Source of the DNA: Treponema sp.
GTDB taxonomy: Bacteria; Spirochaetota; Spirochaetia; Treponematales; Treponemataceae
Length of the DNA stretch: 61,687 bases
Reading direction: 5' to 3'
NCBI GenBank assembly: GCA_024402615.1
Contig: JAKSTK010000001.1
Coordinates: forward strand, 1 to 61,687
In this document: piece after piece, positions 47,952 to 57,074 of the stretch
Numbering within the stretch: position 1 is the stretch's first letter
Layout of the letters: each line of letters starts with the position of its first letter
Position numbers and translations under genes: made by a program
Notes under the pieces: generated by a model
Database searches by the model: none
The model's input: only the letters and a program-made list of their open reading frames with translations
Told to the model about the DNA's origin: nothing

Positions 47952-49175
47952 TTATTTTCTTACATAAACAGCTGCTTCAAGAGCGTCTTCAATATCATCT
48001 GGAAGAAGTTCAAAGAAGTCATAACCTGTAAGAGCTTCAATTTCATCTACAGAAGTAAGATACTGTTCCCAGTCTCCGGTTTTCTGCATTCCCATCTGGT
48101 TAGGAACATTAATTGCGATTGTATATGCATCTTTTTTGTTTACGCGGCCCATATCACCAGTTCCTGCAGGAATTACAAGAACAACCTTCCAGGTAGTAGC
48201 AGGAACATTCATCTGCAATACTTCGCCACTCTTAAGTTTAATAGGAATAGAATCAAAAGTTCCTTTACCAGAAGTACCACCAGTTCCGTTTGGACCTGCA
48301 ATAATGTAAACTTCGTTTCCGGCATTTGCCAGTTCACGTTCAAAGTTTTCAAAATGCATCCAGATAATACGGTTATTATCTGGAGACTGTGGAACCATGT
48401 TAGTCATAAGGAAGGTCATAGAGTTATCTTCCTTTGTAGTTGTACGGTCTGCAGAAGGACAAACATGACCGCGGTCAAAACCGTAAGCATTGTACTGGTA
48501 GTCAGCCTTCTTAACACCATACCAGCCTTCTGGAAGATCAGTATCTGGGCGGAAGTCATCCATACGGTCAGCAGGTCCCATATTTGAAGTATCAAGGTGC
48601 CATGCAGCCCAGTTAGGACATAAAGTTTCTGTATTGTAAGAAAGTGTGTACTGAGGCTTAATCATAAGATAGTTAGTATTAGATTTTGTATCAGCGACAG
48701 CATCAGTTGGATTACCAAAGAAAAGTGGATCATCCTCTGCATAACCTAAATCTCCAGCAAAAGAACCCTTAGTTCCTGAGCCAGATTTACCAGATGCACT
48801 GGCTGTGCTTGCAGGAACAACAGCGGCAGGAGCAGTTTCTGCAGTATCTTTTGTACTTACGCTGGTTTCTGAATAATCAGTTACAGGTGGATATTCACCT
48901 CTAATAAATTCCGGAATGTGATAGATAATTGGATCTTCAGTCTGAACAATTGTAATTCCTTCAGCACCAATTTCTACATAAGGTTTTCCACCAAGGAACC
49001 ATGCAACAGCAAGAAGTACAACAAGGATTGAAATAATGGAAGTAAGAACTTTGCCAAGTTTGCTGTTCTTCTTTTTAGAACCCTTTGAAGATGTCTGTGA
49101 ATTCTTTGTGGATTTTGTAGAAGCCTTTTTCTTAGTTTCTGCAGGCTTCTTTTCTGTGTCGTTTTTTGTAGCCAT
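47952..49175 (-). CDS. Membrane-anchored DNA/RNA non-specific endonuclease (NucA/EndA type)
   Basis: GFDRGH.CPSAD, TF.MTNM.PQ...NN...W..FE, IE.LTGYDFF; basic N-terminus plus TM anchor. Confidence 0.93.
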   Translation of the reverse strand: MATKNDTEKKPAETKKKASTKSTKNSQTSSKGSKKKNSKLGKVLTSIISILVVLLAVAWFLGGKPYVEIGAEGITIVQTEDPIIYHIPEFIRGEYPPVTDYSETSVSTKDTAETAPAAVVPASTASASGKSGSGTKGSFAGDLGYAEDDPLFFGNPTDAVADTKSNTNYLMIKPQYTLSYNTETLCPNWAAWHLDTSNMGPADRMDDFRPDTDLPEGWYGVKKADYQYNAYGFDRGHVCPSADRTTTKEDNSMTFLMTNMVPQSPDNNRIIWMHFENFERELANAGNEVYIIAGPNGTGGTSGKGTFDSIPIKLKSGEVLQMNVPATTWKVVLVIPAGTGDMGRVNKKDAYTIAINVPNQMGMQKTGDWEQYLTSVDEIEALTGYDFFELLPDDIEDALEAAVYVRK

Positions 49176-49270
49176 ATTTTCCCCTCTAAATTGATAAACC
49201 CATCTGAGTTTCTATTCTAAAGTGTTATGCTGTTGTGTGCAACAATCTTATTTTTCTGTATAATAAAAAT

Positions 49271-51226
49271 ATGAATCTTCTTTCTATAAATAATCTTGCA
49301 AAAATCGGACGAGAAAAACCTCTGTTTACCGGGGTTACTTTTGGCATTCAGGAAGGCGAAAAAGCCGCACTTATTGGCCGTAACGGAACAGGTAAATCAA
49401 CCTTATTAAATACTATTGCCGGTGTACTGCAGCCAGACGAAGGAACAGTAGTCCTCAACAAAGAATCAGGTTTTTCTTTTCTTCCACAGAATCCTGTTTA
49501 TAATCCGGAAGATTCAATCAGAGATCATATATTCAAAAGCGACTCACCAAAATTAAAAATTATCCGTGAATATGAAGAAATCTGCGAAAAGCTCAGTTCT
49601 GGCGGTGCAAACCAGAACCGCTACGACCAGCTTACCCTGCAAATGGACAAAGGCGACCTGTGGAATTACGAAGCCCAAATTTCTTCCATTCTTTCTACTT
49701 TAGGTATAAACGACCTCAACCGTAAAATGGGAGAACTTTCCGGTGGAATGGTAAAAAAAGTTGCTCTTGCACAGGTTCTGGTAGAAGACACAAAACTTCT
49801 GCTGCTGGACGAACCTACAAACCATCTGGACATTAAAACCATTACCTGGCTACAAAAATATCTTCACGACACAAAACGCTCCGTTCTCATGGTAACTCAC
49901 GACCGTTACTTTCTGGATGCCGTTTGTACAAATATTTACGAGCTTGCAAGAAATCACATCAAAATGTACGAAGGTAATTATTCACAATTTCTGGATAAAA
50001 AAACAATGGAAGCAGAAATTGAAGCAAATACAGAACGCCGCATAGAATCAGTACTTCGTTTTGAACGGGAATGGCTTCTTCGTGGACCTTGTGCCCGTGG
50101 AACAAAAATTAAAGCCCGTATTCAGCGGGATGAACAGCTTATAAATCGAGAAAAATTTCAGGCAGACAAAGGCTTTACCTTTGAAGTAAAAGGTAAACGA
50201 TTAGGCGGCAAAGTTCTGGAACTTCACAATATCAGTAAAAATTATCAGAAAGGTGAATACGAAGCAAAAACAGAAGGAGCAGGTGAACATCCTGTAATCA
50301 AAAATTTCAGTTATAAATTTACAAAAGGACAGAAAATCGGAATCTTTGGCAATAACGGCTCTGGAAAATCAACTTTCCTGAATATTGTTACAGGCAATCT
50401 TGAACCAGACACTGGAAGTCTGGAATTGGGAGTAAATACAACCTTTGCTTACTACAATCAGAATCCAACCTTCAAAAATGTAAATCAGACAGTTCTGGAA
50501 TACATAAAAGAAACTGCAGAAAATATTACAAAAAAAGACGGAACCGTAATCCGCCCCGAAAAGTTTCTTGAAGAATTCGGTTTTGAAGGAAAAATTCAGC
50601 ACTCACCGGTAAGCACTTTGTCTGGAGGAGAACGCAAAAGACTTTTCCTTGTGCGTCTTTTACTGCAGAATCCAAATTTCCTTGTTTTAGACGAACCAAC
50701 CAACGACTTTGATATTTTTACCATGAATATTCTGGAGCAGTTCCTTATGAATTACGAAGGCTGTCTGCTTCTTGTAAGTCACGACCGTTATTTTATGGAT
50801 AAAACCGTAGATTCTCTTTTTATTCTGGAAGAGGACGGTAATATTTCCGGCTTTGTAGGAAAATGCAGCGAATATATTGAACTTAAAGCAGAAGAAGAAA
50901 AACTTGCAAAAAAGGAGGGAGAAGTCTCTCCCTCGACTCAGCCTGCAAAACAGTCTTCGCCTACCCTCACTGCGGGCTCAGACGCCGCCCGCAACGCCGG
51001 CTCCCCTGCTCCTAAAAAACAGAAATTATCGTTCAAAGAACAAAAAGAATTTGAAACTCTGGATGCAGAAATTCCAGCACTGGAAGCAGAGCAAAAAGAA
51101 CTGGAACCACTTATGAGTTCTTCAGATTTTGCAGTAGTTCAAAAAGCCTCACAGCGCTACAACGAAATTACTGCCGCACTGGAAGAAAAATATCCCCGCT
51201 GGGAAGAATTAGCAGAACGGGCTTAA
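49271..51226 (+). CDS. ABC-F family ATPase (Uup-like)
   Basis: Two ABC domains (GRNGTGKST/LSGG/DEPTNHLD; GNNGSGKST/LSGGE/DEPTND) and a C-terminal coiled coil (KLSFKEQKE...RWEEL). Start moved to 49271 (TATAAT-N6-ATG). Confidence 0.93.
   Translation: MNLLSINNLAKIGREKPLFTGVTFGIQEGEKAALIGRNGTGKSTLLNTIAGVLQPDEGTVVLNKESGFSFLPQNPVYNPEDSIRDHIFKSDSPKLKIIREYEEICEKLSSGGANQNRYDQLTLQMDKGDLWNYEAQISSILSTLGINDLNRKMGELSGGMVKKVALAQVLVEDTKLLLLDEPTNHLDIKTITWLQKYLHDTKRSVLMVTHDRYFLDAVCTNIYELARNHIKMYEGNYSQFLDKKTMEAEIEANTERRIESVLRFEREWLLRGPCARGTKIKARIQRDEQLINREKFQADKGFTFEVKGKRLGGKVLELHNISKNYQKGEYEAKTEGAGEHPVIKNFSYKFTKGQKIGIFGNNGSGKSTFLNIVTGNLEPDTGSLELGVNTTFAYYNQNPTFKNVNQTVLEYIKETAENITKKDGTVIRPEKFLEEFGFEGKIQHSPVSTLSGGERKRLFLVRLLLQNPNFLVLDEPTNDFDIFTMNILEQFLMNYEGCLLLVSHDRYFMDKTVDSLFILEEDGNISGFVGKCSEYIELKAEEEKLAKKEGEVSPSTQPAKQSSPTLTAGSDAARNAGSPAPKKQKLSFKEQKEFETLDAEIPALEAEQKELEPLMSSSDFAVVQKASQRYNEITAALEEKYPRWEELAERA
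50915..51012. repeat. GC-rich palindromic (REP/RPE-like) element in frame inside the ABC-F gene
   Basis: 65 of 98 nt are G/C by hand count; hairpins GAGGGAGA/TCTCCCTC (50915-50934) and TGCGGGC/GCCCGCA (50971-50993). Only one copy in this window. Confidence 0.55.
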
Positions 51227-51229
51227 AAA

Positions 51230-53590
51230 CTAAAACCGTTTATCAATAATCCATACAGACACTCTGGTCTTCAGAAAAACTGAATTAACCGGAGTGTTTT
51301 GTTTTTCTGAAGTATAAAGAGCAGAATAAAAGCCTGGCCGTTTTACAGCAAGAATTTCTTCCCCCTGATTTCCCTTAAGCAAAAGCATTTTACTGCAGGA
51401 CTCAACACAATTTCTGTCCACTTTTCCTTTTGCACAACCAGAACCGTTTCTCACAAGACACTGGCGGCTTTGCATCAAAAGCTTGAACTGTTTTTTTGGA
51501 TACCAGATTTGAATATTTTCCGGAAACTGTAATTTTTCTACTACAGAACTTTCCAATTCCAAAGAAGGAATCATTCCAGAAAGTTTTAAATTTTCATTGT
51601 ATTCCTCAATATTCCAGCTGTTATAAATATTACAGTTTGAACCAAGAATTATTTTACAGTCCAGTTTTTTTAATTCGTAAGCAAGACCAGTATTTTCACA
51701 AAGAATTTCTCTTTCTGACAGACTGTCAAACCTCTTCAGAAATTCCAGAGTATTTTCTAAATCCTTATCCAGAAGAATACTATTAAAATATAAAACTACA
51801 TCACTGTTTTTATTAAGTAAATCAAACAGTTCATCAGAAACAACATTAATTGCAGAAGGCAGTTCATAAATAATCTTAAAGAATTTTTTCTCAACAGATT
51901 TTTCAAGCAGCAACTGTTCCAATGCTTTTAAATTATCTATTAAATAAGCATCAACAGCAGAAACTGTTTTTTCAGCTCCTTCTGACTTTTTCAGTACATA
52001 ATTTTTCTTTTTTTCCTGAGGTTCTGCAGCTGTATTTTCTTCAATTTTTTTAGTCAGCAATTCTACAGCTTTACGGCGGAGGTTATTTAACTCTCCAAGA
52101 GAAATAAACAGATTCGAATCAAGTTTTTCTACTGTAAAGGAAGCTGCAGTAAAACAGGTTCCTCCCAGTTTAGAAAGCTTTTGCTGTAAAGTTTCTGCAG
52201 TTAAACCCGCCTTCTGTGCTTTTTCCAAAGGCTGGTCAGATTCAACAGTAACGCTATAACCTTCGCTACTGTAGGTAATTTTAATAGGTTTGGTTTCCTC
52301 TGCCCTTACAAAAATATCTGCATCATAAATTTTTTCAGTATCTTTGCCACAACAAGCCTTTGCTTCCACACCAAACTGATTAATTATCTTTGAAAGTTCT
52401 TCTGGTGTAATCACAGAAGAAGACTTATATACTATCTGCCCGTTCAAAATCTTTTTAGAAAGCTTATTTGTAATCTGAATTGTATAACCGGTATTTGATT
52501 TTCCAGTAACTGTTGCAGTACAAATAAACTGATCAGAAGAATTTTTAATTGTAAGTCTGTCCCCCTTTGACAAGTTTACCTCATCAGAATGAAGAACAAG
52601 TGTTCTGGAATCAGCAATATAATTTTTTACAGTTCCCGCTTTAATCTGCGAAATGTCTTTTGTTCCGCTGGAAAACATCTGCGCATTAATATTTCCTTCC
52701 AGATAGCCAGAGGTATAATCACGATTAATCGCTCCAGTCAGTTTTGGAGAATTTTTCATAATGGCTTTTTCTGCAAGAATCAAATCTATCTGTTCTCTCC
52801 AGGCACTGGTTACTGCCCATACATATTCTGCATTCTTAATTCTGCCTTCAATCTTTAAGCTTACAGGAACATTTTCCCGTATAAGCTTATCTGCCAGAGG
52901 AAACGCAGAATTATCCTTAAGGTGAAACAAAGCTTTATAGTCTCTGGCATTAGAAGCATCCTGCTGAAGACACCAGTTACGGCGGCAAGGCTGAACACAA
53001 TCCCCTCTGTTTCCAGCCTGATTATATAAATGCCCCGAAAGATAGCACTGACCCGAATAAGAAATACAAAAAGCACCCTGTACAAAAATTTCTGGAACAA
53101 TATTTTGTGAATGAAGATACTCGGTAATATTTTTAATTTCTGAAAGTGATAATTCCCGGCTTAAGTTTACCTGTGAAACTCCCAGTTCAGAAAGAAATTT
53201 ACATTGAGAAAGGTTGTGGGTAGTCATCTGGGTTGAAGCGTGAATTTCCAGTTCTGGATAACAGGTGCGAATAGCCTTAAGCACTCCCAGATCCTGAACA
53301 ATAATTGCATCAATACCACAGTCAACCGCTTTATCTACAAGAGAAATTGCTGCAGGTATTTCACTGTCAGTAATTAAAGTATTAAGAGTAAGATAAGCTC
53401 TGCAGTTATGTTTATGTGCAAGAGGAATCAGATAACTTGCCTGTTCAACGGTAAGATTTTTTGCTCTGGTTCTGGCACTAAACTGCTCAAGACCAAAATA
53501 AACTGCGTCTGCACCAGCGGCAATTGCAGCCTTAAAGCATTCTTCATCTCCCGCAGGTGCCAGTAATTCTACCTGATTTCTTCTTATCAT
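51230..53590 (-). CDS. Peptidase U32 family protein with DUF3656-like region (RlhA-like)
   Basis: ELLAPAG, HASTQMT.HN, GAFCISYSGQC...NRGDCVQPCRR, LKIEGR, QKLSKLGGT.F...LFIS..ELNNLRR. Confidence 0.92.
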   Translation of the reverse strand: MIRRNQVELLAPAGDEECFKAAIAAGADAVYFGLEQFSARTRAKNLTVEQASYLIPLAHKHNCRAYLTLNTLITDSEIPAAISLVDKAVDCGIDAIIVQDLGVLKAIRTCYPELEIHASTQMTTHNLSQCKFLSELGVSQVNLSRELSLSEIKNITEYLHSQNIVPEIFVQGAFCISYSGQCYLSGHLYNQAGNRGDCVQPCRRNWCLQQDASNARDYKALFHLKDNSAFPLADKLIRENVPVSLKIEGRIKNAEYVWAVTSAWREQIDLILAEKAIMKNSPKLTGAINRDYTSGYLEGNINAQMFSSGTKDISQIKAGTVKNYIADSRTLVLHSDEVNLSKGDRLTIKNSSDQFICTATVTGKSNTGYTIQITNKLSKKILNGQIVYKSSSVITPEELSKIINQFGVEAKACCGKDTEKIYDADIFVRAEETKPIKITYSSEGYSVTVESDQPLEKAQKAGLTAETLQQKLSKLGGTCFTAASFTVEKLDSNLFISLGELNNLRRKAVELLTKKIEENTAAEPQEKKKNYVLKKSEGAEKTVSAVDAYLIDNLKALEQLLLEKSVEKKFFKIIYELPSAINVVSDELFDLLNKNSDVVLYFNSILLDKDLENTLEFLKRFDSLSEREILCENTGLAYELKKLDCKIILGSNCNIYNSWNIEEYNENLKLSGMIPSLELESSVVEKLQFPENIQIWYPKKQFKLLMQSRQCLVRNGSGCAKGKVDRNCVESCSKMLLLKGNQGEEILAVKRPGFYSALYTSEKQNTPVNSVFLKTRVSVWIIDKRF

Positions 53591-53708
53591 AAAGCCATTA
53601 TAATATTTTTATTACAATTACAAAATACGCCTAATTTGAGATTTTCCAAAAGTTTTTGCCGGTTTCTACCGATAATAATGTATAATTGTTTTTAAAGAGC
53701 ATAAAGTT

Positions 53709-54485
53709 ATGATAGAAAAATTGGGTCGCACATTACGATTAAAATTCGCCAGCTTCGGCTATATCTGCGGATATTTTGGCAAACTGGTTATGGCGTCTTT
53801 TGTCTTTTTTAAACAGAAAGCAGCCCGTAAAATTCTTACAATGCAGTTACTTTTTACTTATGTTGATGCTCTTTCCATTTGTGCCATTCTTGCAGCAGGA
53901 ATTGGAACTGCAGTTCTTTTATTGGGAACAAAAGTTTTAGGAGCTTTAGGTCAGGGACAATTGACCTACACTCTTATGGTACTTTTAATTACCAGAGAAT
54001 TAGGTCCTCTTCTGATTGCGTTTATTGTTACGGCCCGCTCTGCCACAGCCATTGCTACAGAAATAAGCAGTATGGTTGTAAATCATGAAATTGAAGCATA
54101 TATTGCTTCCGGGGTTGATCCTATACGCCACCTGGCCGCACCTCGTTTTATTGGCGTAACCCTTTCCGTTTTCTTTTTGAATATCTATTTTTCTATTTTT
54201 GGATTAATTGCACCTTCTGTAATCATTCAGTTTATTTCAACTATGAGCATTACAGATTATTTCAACGCTCTGTTTACAGCCCTGACTGTAAGAGCAATGG
54301 TTATTTCCATTATTAAAAGTCTGGTTTTTGGAATGCTTATTTCTACTTCTGCAACCTTATATGGTTTTAGTGCAGGAAGAGCTTCTACAGAGATTCCTAT
54401 TGCCGGTTTACGGGCAGTAAGTAATTCTTTCGTTCTTATTTTTCTGGCAGATATTTTCATAACTGTCCTTTCTTATTTGTTATAG
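53709..54485 (+). CDS. mlaE: MlaE-family ABC permease
   Basis: RELGPLL.A.IV.ARSATAIATEI..M....EIEA....GVDP...L..PR. Confidence 0.92.
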   Translation: MIEKLGRTLRLKFASFGYICGYFGKLVMASFVFFKQKAARKILTMQLLFTYVDALSICAILAAGIGTAVLLLGTKVLGALGQGQLTYTLMVLLITRELGPLLIAFIVTARSATAIATEISSMVVNHEIEAYIASGVDPIRHLAAPRFIGVTLSVFFLNIYFSIFGLIAPSVIIQFISTMSITDYFNALFTALTVRAMVISIIKSLVFGMLISTSATLYGFSAGRASTEIPIAGLRAVSNSFVLIFLADIFITVLSYLL

Positions 54486-54495
54486 GTGGTGTGAA

Positions 54496-55218
54496 ATGGC
54501 TTTACTGGAAATGAGAAACATTATTTATCCAAATGATGCTGATCCTACAGGAGAACATCCTGTATTAAACAATATTAATCTTTCTATAGAAGAAGGAACA
54601 ATCACCGCATTTTTAGGAAAACCGGGCGGAGGTAAATCAACCGCCTTAAAAGTACTTGCGGGGCTTTTAATTCCATCTTCCGGAGAGATTTTATTTGCCG
54701 GAAAAGATATTCACAAAATGAGCAGCCGAGAAACTCTGTTTATGAGAAAAAAATCTGCCTTCATGTTTCAGGATTCAGCATTATGGGCAAATCAGGATAT
54801 TTTTCATAATCTGGAATTACCATTACAAGTACATTATCCTCAGATGAGTGCAAAAGAACGGGCTGAAAAAATTGCAGAAATGATGTCTCTTGTAGGCTAT
54901 GAAAAACCTGGCACTTTAAGACCAGCTTCTCTGTCTATTGGTGAACAAAAAAGAATCGGTTTTGCCAGAGCATTAATTCATGATCCTGAGGTCTTATTTT
55001 TAGATGAACCTACAGAATCTATTGATATAAAAACTATCAGACTGTTTAATTCCATAATTAAGAAATTCCTTGCACAAGGACGAACACTTATTTATGTAAG
55101 TCATGATAAAGACTTTATTAAAAGATTTAACGGCGATAAATATTTTTTTGATCAGGGTATGATAAAAAAGCATCTTACAAAAGATGAAGATTACACGGAG
55201 GAAAGTTATGAAATTTAA
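54496..55218 (+). CDS. mlaF: MlaF-like ABC ATPase
   Basis: GKPGGGKST, FQDSAL, P..LSIGEQKRIGFARAL, DEPT, SHD; lies between mlaE and mlaD. Confidence 0.85.
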   Translation: MALLEMRNIIYPNDADPTGEHPVLNNINLSIEEGTITAFLGKPGGGKSTALKVLAGLLIPSSGEILFAGKDIHKMSSRETLFMRKKSAFMFQDSALWANQDIFHNLELPLQVHYPQMSAKERAEKIAEMMSLVGYEKPGTLRPASLSIGEQKRIGFARALIHDPEVLFLDEPTESIDIKTIRLFNSIIKKFLAQGRTLIYVSHDKDFIKRFNGDKYFFDQGMIKKHLTKDEDYTEESYEI

Positions 55219-56170
55219 AATCAAGTATGCAGATCAGGTTGTTGGAGTTCTTAGTGCTCTGGCTCTTGCAGTTTTAATCTTCCTTGTTTTCCTCATTGGC
55301 TCTAAACAAAACTGGTTTGTAAAAAAACATCAGTTTTATACTATTGTAAAATCTGGCTCTGGCGTTTCTGAAGGTATGTCCATTCAGTACAAAGGTTTTG
55401 GCATTGGAAAAGTAAAATCTATCACTCTTGATGACAACGATCTTGTAGAAGTTAAATTTTTTATTCTTGATGATTACATTGACCGCGTAAAAGGAAGTTC
55501 AATTATTGAACTTTCTGTAAGTCCTATTGGCTTGGGTTCTTCCATGATTTTTTACCCTGGAAATGGAGATTACATTATGGAAGATGAATCATTTATTCCA
55601 GAAAAATCCAGTGCGGAAGGCCAGCAGCTTATTAAAGCCAAAAAAGTTAATGCCGGTGCTTCTTCCGATTCCATTACTACAATGCTGGGAGAAGTTGACC
55701 TTATTCTCCGCCTTGTGGGAGATATTCTCAGCGGAAACCCAGACAACGATATTGCAAAACTTATTAAGGATGTCGATCAGATTCTTCTTAATGTTAATGA
55801 TCTTACAGCAGGAAAGAATTCCCAGATTGAGCAGCTGCTTACAAATATTAATGATATTCTTAAAAATATTGATGATTTAACTGCCGATACTCAGGGATTA
55901 GTTCCAAGACTTCTGGAAACAGAAGAAAACAAAGGACAGATTGCAAATCTTATGTCCAGTCTTACCGGCACAGTGGACAGTCTTTCTTCTTCGGTTGATG
56001 AAGATGTTATGCCACAGGTCGGAAATCTTCTTGTACAGGTAGAAACTCTGCTTAAACAGGTTCAGGATGTTATGACTGGCCTTAAAAATAATCCATTGAT
56101 TAAAAATGGTGTTCCAGACAGATTAGAAAAAGAAACTGCTACACCTAAATTGAGAGAGGAAGATTTCTAA
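55208..56170 (+). CDS. mlaD: MCE/MlaD-domain protein with long helical C-terminus
   Basis: TM then G...G..I.YKG..IGKV..I.L; ATG at 55208 after GGAGGA. Confidence 0.88.
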   Translation: MKFKIKYADQVVGVLSALALAVLIFLVFLIGSKQNWFVKKHQFYTIVKSGSGVSEGMSIQYKGFGIGKVKSITLDDNDLVEVKFFILDDYIDRVKGSSIIELSVSPIGLGSSMIFYPGNGDYIMEDESFIPEKSSAEGQQLIKAKKVNAGASSDSITTMLGEVDLILRLVGDILSGNPDNDIAKLIKDVDQILLNVNDLTAGKNSQIEQLLTNINDILKNIDDLTADTQGLVPRLLETEENKGQIANLMSSLTGTVDSLSSSVDEDVMPQVGNLLVQVETLLKQVQDVMTGLKNNPLIKNGVPDRLEKETATPKLREEDF

Positions 56171-57060
56171 TGAAAAAGATTTCTACAGTTTTATCAGCTC
56201 TTATTTGTGCAGGATTATTTTTCTCCTGCTCTTCTGCACCAAAACGTGCAATGTCCATTACCTCTACACAGGAATCTGCCGCCGCTCAGTTAGAAGCAGC
56301 CAACAGTTACATTCTTACCGGCAGTTACGATAAAGCAGCCGTTGCTCTGGATTCTGCATTCAAATATGCTATGTCTGTTGATAATTCAGACAAGCTTACT
56401 TCAATCTGCCTTGCAAAAGTAAGTTTGTATCTTTCCGACAATCCACCTTATCTGGATAAAGCAAGAGAATATGCAGATATGGCAGATTCTTTTGCTGATT
56501 ATTCTTCAAATAAAGAAAAATACAAGGCTCTTGTTTCATTATATAAAGTTAGAATTTGCACAGAAGATCCAGAAGATAAAACTTCCGTAAATGAATTAAT
56601 TTCAGTTCTTGAAAAGAACGCACCAAAAGTAAAAGGTGATGCTTACAACGAAGCCCAGTTCAAAAGTGTTGCAGGAGATGTATACCGCAAAGTAAAAGAT
56701 TTCTCTTCAGCAGAAAAATCCTTCAAAGAAGCGGCAGAAATCTACATAAAAAACCGCTATCTTTCAGAAATTGGAATTACCTGGTACAAACTCGCTCAGG
56801 TTTATTCTCTGAATGATAAAAAAGCAGATGCTTATTCTGCTATTGAACAGGCAATTTTCTATGACCGCAGTGCAGAAAACTCCACTGCCCTTGGAACTGA
56901 TTATTACGCAAAAGGTTTGATTCTCTTAAAAGGCAACTGTACAGCAGCTCAAAAAGAAGAAGCAATTTATTCCCTTAAACACAGTGCCGACATTTTCCAT
57001 TCTATTGGATATGAACAGGCAGCACAGAAAAGTCTTTCAAAACTTGAAGAAATAAAATAA
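56170..57060 (+). CDS. TPR-like lipoprotein coupled to the Mla/MCE operon
   Basis: Lipobox FFSC; TAATG overlap with mlaD. Confidence 0.8.
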   Translation: MKKISTVLSALICAGLFFSCSSAPKRAMSITSTQESAAAQLEAANSYILTGSYDKAAVALDSAFKYAMSVDNSDKLTSICLAKVSLYLSDNPPYLDKAREYADMADSFADYSSNKEKYKALVSLYKVRICTEDPEDKTSVNELISVLEKNAPKVKGDAYNEAQFKSVAGDVYRKVKDFSSAEKSFKEAAEIYIKNRYLSEIGITWYKLAQVYSLNDKKADAYSAIEQAIFYDRSAENSTALGTDYYAKGLILLKGNCTAAQKEEAIYSLKHSADIFHSIGYEQAAQKSLSKLEEIK

Positions 57061-57074
57061 ATCGCAGGCAAAAT

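Noticed and set aside
49235-49270. Upstream GTG start for the ABC-F gene
   Set aside because: The extension is the promoter itself (contains TATAAT); the domain starts at MNLLS (49271).
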